Shown here piece by piece: positions 1 through 11,899 of a DNA stretch of 64,000 nucleotides; the stretch's first letter is position 1, and each line of letters begins with the position of its first letter. Source of the DNA: the human T2T-CHM13v2.0 reference genome, Homo sapiens. Position numbers and translations under genes: made by a program. The stretch is taken from NCBI RefSeq assembly GCF_009914755.1, contig NC_060938.1; one strand, 5' to 3'. Under the pieces are notes generated by a model, which was given only the letters and a program-made list of their open reading frames with translations, made no database searches and was not told the origin of the DNA.

Positions 1-244
1 AAAATTGTATTTTTTCTCCATCCAGAGGCTTTAACTTTCAACATTTGTATATGGAGGCAAGGCTGACAGCCACAGCAGTAATTTCATGATGGCTGAAATA
101 GCTGTGAACTGTGCATTAACTTGTTCCTTCTCTCTTAAATTCTGCTGCAGTGTTGGAGCAGGGAAGGCGAGCAGAGGAGTGATGAATAGAGTAGCAAGTG
201 GGATAATATACAATAATAGGAGATACACAATAAGGATTAATTAG

Positions 245-545
245 GTGTCAGGCTAAGTATTTCATGTGCATTAACTAATTTAATCCTCAGAATACCTTCA
301 AGATATTCAGATTCTCTTATTATCCTCCTCTTTGGGAGGCAACTGAGGCTCAGAGAGGTTAAGATACTTGCCCCAAATAAGTGGTGAAGGCTGGGCACGG
401 TGGCCCAGCACTTTGGGAGGCCAAGGCAGGAGGATTGCTTGAGCCCAGGAGTTTGAGACCAGCCTGGACAACATAGCAAGACCCTGTCTCTTTTTTTTTT
501 TTTAAAGTTGTGGAGCTAGAGTTTGAGCACCTGCATGGAACCACT
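245..545 (-). mobile_element. MIR, interrupted by an Alu monomer
   Basis: MIR core aactgaggctcagagaggttaagatacttgccc, resuming after 505 as gtggagctagagtttgagc. Confidence 0.7.
389..503 (+). mobile_element. Alu monomer (FLAM-like)
   Basis: ggctgggcacggtgg...cccagcactttgggagg...gaccctgtctc, then T13. Confidence 0.85.
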
Positions 546-3399
546 AAGCTGCATTACACCTGCCTCAGGTGGTTGATATGAAGAAAAATAAAAATTTTTC
601 AGATGGACTCTGGGTATTTGCCTTTTAAGGCTATATGCCTTTTAATTCTGATGTAAAGTGGTAGAGAAATGATTAAAGGTTTAAGAGTTGATAGGGCCCT
701 GGGTAGCAGGGACACTTTACATGTGTTGTGTGTGCATCTGCAGCAGATGACAGCTCCCCAAATGGACATGCCTCCCTTGTTCAAGAAAGCTTGTCAGGGT
801 GGCACCAATTTTTTTTTAGCAATTTAATGAATGAGGTATCAAATGATCACATAATACAAATTTGATTGATCTCCTTTTGGATATATCTCCCCTTAAACAT
901 TGTGCTGGCTACACTATCCATTTCTATAATACCTTTGATTTTATCCTCTTTACTCCTAACAGTGAATTCCTAGGTAAAGTCACAACTGAATTTATCAGCA
1001 CAAGCATGCTGCATCATGTTGTACGTTCTGCAAACAGTAACTTGAGATAGTGTGTCATTTCCCAGTTCTTAAGGCTGTGGCCTACACCAATGGTCTTATT
1101 TTCCCTTTTGATTTTTTCAAAATTAACTGTTATTTTGCCAATAAGTTTAACATTTCATTGCAGCAATTATTACGTGTCTGGGGTTATGCAACACATGGGA
1201 TGTGCAGAAATAAAAAGATAGTTTCCCTGCCCTCAAGGAGCTTGTCTTATAGGGGAAACAGATACATAAACACTTCTAGGGCACACAGATTTTCATGTAT
1301 GTGTGTACTATGGTGTTAATGCAGAATTCTGTAAAGGAATAAAGCTTCCATGATCAAAGCAAGCATGGGCAAATGCTTCACATCTTTCTGCCTGTGTTTT
1401 GCGAGCCCATTCTGTTTAATGTGGACTTGATTTAAAGTCGACCTGCAGTCCTGGACTTCAACCAAACAGCCATTATAGTAATGAACATTTAAAGGAGTTA
1501 TTTTTCCAAAGCATTATAGTTTTTCACATCCATCTTTTCATTCCCTCATTAGCTAATGATGTTGATGTCCTCACAAGCATTGTTTAGGAATGGCTTAGGA
1601 ATTTTACCGTATGTTTACTTTGGCTTGTCTGCTGCCCCTTGCTTTGTAATCTGTTCACCGGTGATTCAGTTGTTTCTTTGAGTCCCTTTGAAATTGCAAG
1701 TTGACGGGTGGGGACTGGTGGGGAAAGAAATCCAGAATAGATATTCCTAAAACTGTGAAGTGAAAATTCAGGAGAGACTGTCATAACTCTGCTTATTTAA
1801 GGTGGTTTGGTTTGTGCCAAGCTAAAGGAGGGAATATTGATTGAATTACTTTTTTAAAATGCAATTAATTTTTATTTAATTGTTTTCCCTGGAGTTGTGG
1901 GGTTGAGGTATTGCAGTTTAAAGCAGTTTGGATGTGCTGATAATTTTTTTCTGATTATCTTCAAGTCTCCATGGACAGTGTCACTGCAGGTCTATTCATG
2001 CTTTCGTTCCTCCTTTACCTGCCTTCATCTGCTTTCTCTGGGCATTGGTACCCATACCCAGGTGTGGTCAGTTGGAGTAACTCCTGCCTTGCTGGGCTTA
2101 ACTGTGGTGTTTCTGGGCCTAAGGCAATTGGAACATCTGTAGTTTATTTCCTAATCCCAATTTTGTGGAGGTTTGTGTTCTAGCTTTGATTCAATTACTC
2201 CTAAGTAGTGGCCCGTATTAAGTAGAGGCTGTGTGAGACAAGACACTTAATGTAGGCCCCTTGGAGCTGCTGGGTCCTTTTCATCAGAATTTGGCTAATG
2301 ATGCCTCTCTCTTTTTTACACACTAAAGCCTAATATAACTAGTAATGAACCTCATTAATAATTTGTATTGGCAGATGTGAGGTGTCACACATTAAAACTG
2401 TTTTACACCATGAGCATTGACTTCATTCGGTCAGTGAGGGAGGATGCAACCACCTTTGCCAAAATAGGAAGGAAGAGAAGACCCAGAGTTTTCAGGGAAC
2501 GGAATTAAATAGCACTTTAACAAGCTTGGCGGAGGCAGTGGGGTGAGGAGAGGAAGTTAATAGGCCTAGGGAGGAGAGTATCTCACTGGTTTCTCCAAGC
2601 TGATTCTTCTGGGTGCCAAGAGAGCTGTGGAAACCCACAGAGGAATGCCCCGGTTCCTTTCCTTCCTTCTTTCTGGTAAGGGTTTAGATCTATTTATTTG
2701 ATGGTCAGCCTTCCAGTTTTATCAGCACCGGTCTCTTTGTACAACTTCCCAAATGTACAAACTCCAGACAGATGAGTACAGTTGGTGTTTTCCGGGGAGG
2801 GTGTTGCTCCCTGTGGTCTGTCACAGCCAGAGAGCAGGGGGCCAGAGAGAGGACTGATTGCCCATATGTTCCACATGAGTCGTCAGTGGTGCACCCAGTT
2901 TTAAAATGCTCTGGGGGTGTGTGGCCATGAAGTGGATTTTGAATGAATAGAAGGAAAAAGCTCGTGGATGAAAACCATGAGCCATTTGAACCGTGTGTGG
3001 TGTCTGGAAAAACAGGTGGTCTGGCAAAACTGACAAAGTTTGCTTGGGGAAACAGAAGCTTTGCCTCCACCTCTGATGCTTGGGCTGGGATGAAATAAGC
3101 CACTTTTCTGTTTAGACTGTGTTTAGATGGAGGGAAGCTTCTTCAGTTCTTTATTGGGTGCAGTGAATGGCAGAACTTTTATTACTTGCATTCTTAATTT
3201 TAGTTAGCCATGCTGAGCTGGGTTTACACCCACCTTGGTATGTAATTTCTGTGACCTGTTCCGCTTCCTTCTCTCCTGTCACAGTCACCAAAAGCCACTA
3301 TGGGTAGCCATTTGTTAATATCACCTTTATTAGGAGTCCTCCAGGCTCAGTTAAGGTCTCCCTCCATCTTTCCACCCCCACTATTTTATGCCTTCGTAG

Positions 3400-3590
3400 C
3401 CACTGGCACTCTGCCTTGCGGCACTTGCACATATTTATAATCAGTGAGTCACCCTCCTAGACTGTAAGCACCATGAGGGCAAGATCTGCAGCCCACCAGC
3501 AGCCTCTGCTTCCAGCACAGCACTTGGCACACAGGAAGCACTCTCTTAGTATTTGTTGTACTTGTCAGTGTTTGTTGCCTGAATGACACA
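3400..3590 (+). mobile_element. L2 3' end fragment
   Basis: ctagactgtaagcaccatgagggcaag...cacagcacttggcacacaggaagcactc...tgaatga, a typical L2 tail. Confidence 0.65.
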
Positions 3591-3899
3591 GAAGTGTTCC
3601 CTGCTGGAGAAGGGATTCGAGTTAAATGGAATCATCCAGAGAATTTGATAAAATGATGATGGCTATCCGTTTATGCTCTTAAAAGTATGCACTTGAGACC
3701 TCTAAGTAGATGTTTATTTGTTTATCTCTTTCCAGGGTTCATGTGTTTATCTTGTTTCCTTTTGTATGCATTTTCTGCTTTGCCCCTCACATAGTAATTC
3801 TTGGAAGCAAGTAGATCATTGTTTCCATTTCAGTTGAGATCACTTTAGGGGCATGTCTTGGACTTGATGACAGATCTTCCACTATCTTATGCTCCCTAC

Positions 3900-4110
3900 C
3901 TCACATTTATTGAGTACCTACTATGTACCAATCCTTAACATTTGTTATTCCAGTTTATCTTCCATCAGTCCTGTTGAGGTAGATATTGTGCCCCATTTTA
4001 CAGATGAGGAAATCAAGGTTCTGAGAGATTAGATAATTTCTAGGAACATACAACCAATAAAAGGGAAAGGAAGAGTCTGAGTTCAAACCCAGTTCTTTGG
4101 TGCTAGGGGT
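3900..4110 (-). mobile_element. MIR
   Basis: cccattttacagatgaggaaatcaaggttctgagagatt MIR core. Confidence 0.75.
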
Positions 4111-4210
4111 ACAGCTGCTGTCTGTAGGGCATGCCAGATGACACCTTTTTGACTCTTTTGGTAGGAAATGGGGAGGAATGCTTGTCACCTTAGAAATGCT
4201 GTTCGAGGTT

Positions 4211-4569
<359 letters not shown>

Positions 4570-6996
4570 TCAATGGCAAGTTATGCCAGCACTGTGCTTG
4601 GCATAACTTGGATATATAGGTGAATGAGGCAGCCATACAGAGAAATATGACAAGAGTATGTTTTAAATGCCCCAAAGAAGGTTTATGGAAGGTGCTACAG
4701 GAATGTGGAGCTGGGAAAATAACCATCATTTATATAGCGCTTTATATGCTGTCTCTTGCTTTTATATTTGCCCCCATTGTATTGTCTTTCTCTCTCACCT
4801 TTCCTCCACGTCTCCTCCCCTCTCCGGAATTTCAGGATTTGGATGCATGTGTACATTTAAGATTTGTTCTAAATACTTGAAAGCACGCTTGCTTGTTAGT
4901 TACCTGTCCAAAGCCTGTTGACTGCTGGGCCCCAGAGGAACACTAGCATGTGCCCTTGCCCCGCCTGTTTCTTTGTATACAAACAGTATACAAAACATAG
5001 AGAAGAGAACTGACAGATATTTAGATCTATGGGCTTTTATAGAAAATAAGAATTACTTTTCTTCTGTAAGGTCAGTGTTTACACCTTGTCTGCTTGCTCC
5101 ATACTCCTCTAGAGACTAAAACACCTCATTGCTTCTCAGAATCATTTCTGAAACTGAGGCTAGAAATTACAACAGAGACTCTCTTCTCACCTCTTCACCA
5201 GCATCCCTTGCCTCTTAAAGTCACTGAAAGAATATCCCCCCTCCCCCATGGAGGGGTCATAACACTTTTTTGTCTGTCTATTCCAGGAAGCTCGAGTGCT
5301 TTACAACGCTTTACCCAGCATCCCTGGGGGCAGGATCGGTGCATGTAGATGTTTACTGTGCCAACCCCTTAAAAGGCCTTCTCTTAGCTTAGACCCTCAT
5401 CTAACCCAGACTAATAATAAAAAGTCCCCAATAACTTTGCTGTTATAGATCTTACAGTGCTCAGAGATTGGCCCTTTAATATCCATGGTTGGCAAACATT
5501 TCTGTAGAGGGATTGTAGGTTATTTTGACTCTCCTTGTAAGTGCCAGTTTGTCTTAAGTGGCCTCAATCAAGGAAACAAGTAGTTCGGCTGCTTCCTCTT
5601 TATGGCATCCTTTTGATGAAGCACCACTTACTTTACTTTGCATATTAGGGTCCCAGGATACATGGGTACATGTATTTTTAATCTATCAATCATTTCATAT
5701 AACGTTAAGTAGAACTGATTTAGGAAATTGCAGAAGTTTCATAAAAAGATACTCTACTAAAAAGCTTTAAGAGAGCTATTGATTCCCAAAAATAGTTGAT
5801 TGGGCCATAGCATCAGGTGTGCTGATGCAGAACCACATCGTTGTGATTTATTTCTGCTGTCTTTGTGAGGGGATGGAGGACACAGGCTTCTGGAAGAACA
5901 TGTTTATAAGTCTTCCTTCTCCCAGATGGCGCTTCCAGCTAAGGTCCTGCAGAGTTGCATTCTGCCACCCTTCCTGGAGCCTGAGAGATGGGCGAGGAGT
6001 GCAGGTGGTGGTGTTAGGTGGTGGCATGTCAAGGAGGCAGGCAGGAAAAGGCAGACTGATTTTTGGTAGCATTAGTCTTTCTTCTGTCCTTCTCTGCTTT
6101 TCTTTATTCTGAATTTTAAGATTTGGATGCATGTGTACATTTAAGATTTGTTCTAAATACACGAAAGCACGCCTGCTTGTTAGAAGGACATATTTGAGGG
6201 AACTAAGTGGTGTTCGGAGGCACAGTGACGATTCGAGAGATTCTGGAGGACGCATGTTGGGTGTTGGTGGTTTTCCAGTTGGTATCATAGTGTCATATTC
6301 TCTTCAATTGTAGGTTTAGCTCTTTGGGACCCAAAAAGACAAGATTAGTCAGGATAGTGACATGCACTTGGCATGCTGTGGCTTCTGTTGAGGAAAAAGT
6401 GACCCAAATTTGAACATCCAACTTCAATTCTTAGTAATTGGCAATGGCTCCTTGCATCTCTTTCTGCTTGACTATAAAACTATAAAATGCTGCTATTAAC
6501 TTTGAAGGCTGCCACTTACAAGGCTAGGTGAACAGACTTTTATATTAACAACTCAGACTAACCCTGGGAAGCATCTGTGCTCCCTAACGGAGAAGTTGCT
6601 TTCACGTTTTTCACGGTCAACCTGGGTGGCCCTCACCATCAGGAGTGTGGAATCTCAAGAGTAACAGCACAAAGGGGTGGCAACTTGAACCCCTGGGTTC
6701 TAGTCCCAGGTCAGCTGCTAACTGCTGTATGAACTCAAGGAAGTCATCCAATGGGATCATCTTTTGACAAAAGAATCAGGCCATTAATCACCAAGGTCTT
6801 TTCCACCTCTGAATTCTGTGATCTCTACTCTTGTAGGTTTCCTCCCTAATAATTTCTGTAGGTCTGCTTTTTGAACTATTTCCCTTATTTATCCTTTCCT
6901 TAAAATCAGGTTTGTTCTCATTCTTCTGGTCCCACCCACATCCACATGGCTGTTAAAGAACACAGTGAATTGATGCAGAAAGATGTCCCAGATATA

Positions 6997-7255
6997 GGCC
7001 GGGCGTGGTGGCTCATGCCTGTGATCCCAGCACTTTGGGAGGCCGAGGCAGATGGATCATTTGAGGGCAGGGGTTCAAGACCAGCCTGACCAATATGGTG
7101 AAACCCTGTCTCTACTAAAAATACAAAAAATTAGCTGGGCGTGGTGGTGTGCACTTGTAGTCCCAGCTACTCGGGAAGCTGAGACAGGAGAATTGCTTGA
7201 ACCTGGGAGGTGGAAGTTGTAGTGAGCTGAGATTGACAGAGCGAGACTCCATCTC
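6997..7255 (+). mobile_element. AluS with an internal right-arm deletion
   Basis: ggccgggcgtggtgg...; right arm jumps gagattg to acagagcgag; TSD aaagatgtcc(c/t)agatata on both sides. Confidence 0.92.
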
Positions 7256-7256
7256 A

Positions 7257-7293
<37 letters not shown>

Positions 7294-7307
7294 GAGAAAG
7301 GAAAGGA

Positions 7308-7363
<56 letters not shown>
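7256..7363 (+). repeat. Compound (GAAA)n/(GA)n purine microsatellite from an Alu tail
   Basis: 108 nt containing only A and G. Confidence 0.95.
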
Positions 7364-7364
<1 letters not shown>

Positions 7365-7458
7365 GTCCTAGATATATTGTTGAGTGAAAAAATATACTAA
7401 CAGAGAGGCATGCCTGGTATGACCTATTTCTGAAATGAGAATGATAATAGTATCAGTA

Positions 7459-7781
7459 TAGGCCTGCATCGTTAATTTGAAGCAGTTTAAGTCAGATGTG
7501 TTTCTGAATTCAGGATTTTTTCAGTTTTACATAGGACAATGTATTAAATACATTTACTATTAAATAACACCTCCAGTGGGGGCTGGGGTGGCATCTGTAA
7601 TCAAAAACATTAATACTTCTGTGGCAAAACATGGATATTCACACTAAGTGGGGTAAATAAAGATTACACATTGCCTTATGTCAGTTCAGGTAAGATTTTG
7701 ACAACAAATGTTACAAAATTTGTTTGGGTTTTGAAACTTTTTGAATATTGGGATTGTAGATAAGAGATCGTGGTGGACCTG
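7459..7781 (+). mobile_element. MER46C-like TcMar-Tigger MITE nested in an old L1 3' fragment (about 7375-7940)
   Basis: TA-flanked ends (tAGG...gacCTG ta); internal cagatgtgtttctgaattcagg and aataacacctccagtgggggctgggg match the recalled MER46C consensus. Confidence 0.75.
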
Positions 7782-8268
7782 TATAGCCAAAGTGGGGAAA
7801 AATCTGGAAAATGAAGCATCGAGCACTTAGCAATACTTTTCTTGAGTGGAGAAGTAGGGTGGAATTATGGGGGACTTTCATTTCCCAAGTTATATTCTTT
7901 ACTAGTAAGCATGTATAATTTTATAATCAGAAAAAATGATTAAAGATACTTATGAGATATAAAGATTTACATAAAGTAGCTGGAAACATTTAACCAATCT
8001 GTAGCTGTTTGAGACTTATTTATATTAGGACAACTAAGACTTGTTTTCTCAATTTTTCAAACTTTTGTAATGTGATTATATTTCATACACACTTAAAATT
8101 TTTTGTAGGTGATAGTATTGGGAAAAACGAAAAGGAATATGTGATCGTAATTAAAATGTCAGTGGATAAAAATAAGGCCCTTGGAGTACCCTGTGGGAAA
8201 TCAGGAGCCACTTCCTCCTGGATGCTTTATGTAGCACATTATACTGACCTATTAAATAATGAGAATCA

Positions 8269-8570
8269 GGCTGGGCATGGTGGCTCATACCTGTAACCCC
8301 AGCACTTTGGGAGGCTGAGGTGGGAGGATCACATGAGGCCAGGAGTTTGGGACCAGCATGGACAACATAGCAAGACCCCATCGCTACAAAAAAAATAAAA
8401 ATATAAATTAGCCAGGCATGGTGGCACATGACTGTGGTCCTAGCTACATGGGACACTGAGACAGGAGGACTGCTTGAGCCCAGGAGTTTATGGTTACAGT
8501 GGGCTATGATTGCACCGCTACACTCCAGCAGGAGCAACAGAGTGAGACCCTACCTCTGAAAAAATAATAA
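8269..8570 (+). mobile_element. AluJ
   Basis: Dimeric Alu with J-type gaggactgcttgagcccaggag; degenerate TSD aataa..agaatca. Confidence 0.9.
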
Positions 8571-9022
8571 TAAGAAGAATCACATGGATGAAGCAAATGA
8601 TGATAACCAAAATATAATGTATGGGAGATCACTTTATAAAGATGTAAGGCTATACAATAATTTAACGTGTTTTTGAAGTAACATTGCAATTCCTAAGGGG
8701 ACCAAAATGAATGGTTGGTCTTAATGGGCTTTGTCTGAAAATTGACTGGAACAATTGCTTCCAAACAGAAGATACTTGGAATTTCATATATGGAATATAG
8801 ATGAGATGGTTGGTATTTGACCATTTAATTTTATCAGTCAATATAAAATGATCTATATTATTCTTAATTTTCACACTTTTCCATATTTCTAATCCTAATA
8901 TACTCATTTGTTGCCTTTTCCCACTTAATTGTATAATTGCAGTTCCCATGTTGCTTATAATAGCTGCATAATATTTCAGTCACTGGTTTACATAATTTAC
9001 CATCTTCTTATTGCTGTTTCTA

Positions 9023-9024
<2 letters not shown>

Positions 9025-9054
<30 letters not shown>
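9025..9054 (+). repeat. (TG)15 microsatellite
   Basis: Read directly from the sequence. Confidence 0.95.
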
Positions 9055-9058
<4 letters not shown>

Positions 9059-10559
9059 AAATAACACTTCCGTACCTATAGCTGTTTCTTTTTCTTTTCC
9101 TTTTTTTCCCCCTATATTTAGGGGTTGTTTTCTTAGGGAATATTTTTTTCTGAATGCGTGAGGAACTTAAAGTTTATTCTATAAGCATTTATTCAGCATC
9201 TACTGTGTACAGGGCCCTGGAGATACAGAGATGAATTTTAGAACCTGTGCACAAGCTGTCTCCATTTCCTGGACTCTCTTCCTCCCTCTCCCTTCACCTG
9301 ACGAATTCTCCATTTAAATCCCACTTTGCCAATGAGGCCTTTATGTATTCCCCAGAGTATTTTAGGCTTTTCTGTACTTTTTCTTCTCATTTAGTCACAG
9401 TTATATTGTGTACATCTCAGAATAACTAAGATTACTTCATTTTTGCCTTCCTCATTAGACTATTAAACAGTAAACTCTGAGAACAGGTTTTATGTCTGAT
9501 TTATTTTCCTTGGTACCCTCAGTACCTGGGACATTATGTCTGGCATATACCAGGCACAGAAATTCAAATGAGTACTTGCATAAATGAATTAGATGAACAA
9601 ATATTTGAATATGATTCTTGCCTTGAGAAATTTAGATTAGAACTGAAAAATGGATTCAATGGATAATTTCGATGATGTGTAAGTGCTTTATAGAAAATAG
9701 AAAATAAACCTTTTCCTAGCTATTATCTTTTCCTCCTTTACAGTGAATCCCTTGGAAGAGGATTCAATTCCAGCAAGTCATTTAATGTCTTACTTTTGCC
9801 CATACTCTGCAGCAGAAATGGGCTTGTCTTATTTTCTGCTAAAACTGTTGCTTTTCTATGCAAATCCTACTTTATTTCTCATTGCACTGAACACCATTAT
9901 CATTCACCTTTTTCACTTCTTTTTGACATGTTGGTTATCTTTGTTTTTTTTTTCTTATTATTAAAAATCCTGTTTCTTCAGCATCCCCTTTTTCCTGGTC
10001 TTATCTGATAGCTGTACCTATTCTGCTGTTTATGACCTTTTAAAAACTGTTAGCTCCTTGAGGGAAGGGATAGTGTGATCTTTTGGTAGGAGACTTTAAA
10101 AGATCCACTTTCTTATATTTTAGTGTATCCCTTGGGTCAAATGGAGGATTTTTTTTTAAAGGATGATCATCAAATAAATATTTTAAGTAATTTGACCAAA
10201 ATTTATCTTCTTACCTTTTTACTAAAAATATACACTAAATAATTTTAAGGGAAGATTTTATAGTCTCATATTCAACATGGAAATTTCTTGATTAGTATTG
10301 CCCTGACTTTATTGGTTGCTTCACGGGTGGCTTCTGAATTCATTTCTTGGAATGTTACTATTCAGGGCCAACTTTGTTAGTATTGCTACGTTGTGATTTA
10401 ATTTTTTGCCACTTACACATTCTAGCCAGTCTGGAAGATCTCCACCAAAACACCTGTATAGTTCAGTCTGAATTTAGAAGTGTCACTTGCAAGAGAGGCA
10501 GCAACGTCAGGCCCGTGAGACTCAAGAGAAGTCTCTTTCCATGATAGATCTTCTTATAC

Positions 10560-10780
10560 TTGGTAGAAACTGGCAAGTGACTCACCAGGGGTGGAAGCCT
10601 GGAAAACAGCCTGCCGAGGAGGGTAGTCTTTCTGGTAACACATCGCCACCCCTTTGAAGCATCCAGAGAACCGGAAGAGCAGGAACTGCCTGTCAGACTG
10701 ACTGAGCGCTTGGCATTCTTTCATGGAAAGATGACAACTCATCCAGGGTGAAAGAGGAAGTGGAGGGGGGTGGCAGGGAA
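10560..10780. promoter_or_regulatory. Candidate haematopoietic enhancer (AP-1, NFAT, TCF/LEF, ETS, PU.1, GT-box)
   Basis: TGACTCA 10578-84, TGGAAAA 10600-06, CCTTTGAAG 10651-59, ACCGGAAG 10670-77, AAAGAGGAAGTG 10751-62, GGGGGGTGG 10765-73, all in non-repeat DNA. Confidence 0.5.
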
Positions 10781-11226
10781 CAGGAGGGTGACCTTACATT
10801 TCCATTGTTTTGCAGGCTGCCTGGTCGAGTGCAGTGGGTTGTTTGGGGGTTGGGAGGAATTGGAATCATGTACTTCTATTGTTGCTGTCCAAAGTGGATG
10901 TCCTGTGCTGTGTTGCCAAGGAGGGGAGCTTGTACCCATTTTATCCTTGTGCTCCTTCGTAATCCAGATGGTTTGTGATCTGATATTTCTTTCGTGCTTA
11001 GCCCTGGACTCTATCGGTTAGAATCCTAGTATCATTTTAAGAACTGGGATTCTCCTATGCCAAATTTCTGTGAAATCTGAGAGCCAACAGACCGACATAT
11101 TTTTCCGGGCTATCTCTGGCTTTGACAATGGCATATTTTGAGTGTCAGTTGATTTTTGTCTCAGTTTATTGGCTTAAGTAGTAAGAGTCAAGGGATTGAA
11201 CTGCAGCAGTAGTGTTATTTTGATAA

Positions 11227-11622
<396 letters not shown>

Positions 11623-11899
11623 TAGAACCCTCCCAAGAGTAAAATAAAGACTTCAGTGGACAACCAGTGGTGAGTTCACTTTCTAGAGAATGGCAAGTCA
11701 TCGGAACACTGGTCAGTACTCCCAATTCTATGGCATATCTGCACATCTGCCATCTTTGGTCAGCAACCCTCCAGGACTGCCTTCTTCACACCTGTGCGTG
11801 AACTTCCAAGCTATACTGGGCAGGTTGGTGCTGCCCGTTTCTCCCATGCTATTTAACGATTACTCCATGCAGTTACTGTTCTTCTTAAGGCCTCTCCAC

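Noticed and set aside
4972-4994. 9-bp hairpin tttgtatac-aaaca-gtatacaaa
   Set aside because: AT-rich and short; expected by chance at this scale.
7683-7695. Strong donor CAG|GTAAGA
   Set aside because: Lies inside the MER46C MITE with no convincing acceptor upstream.
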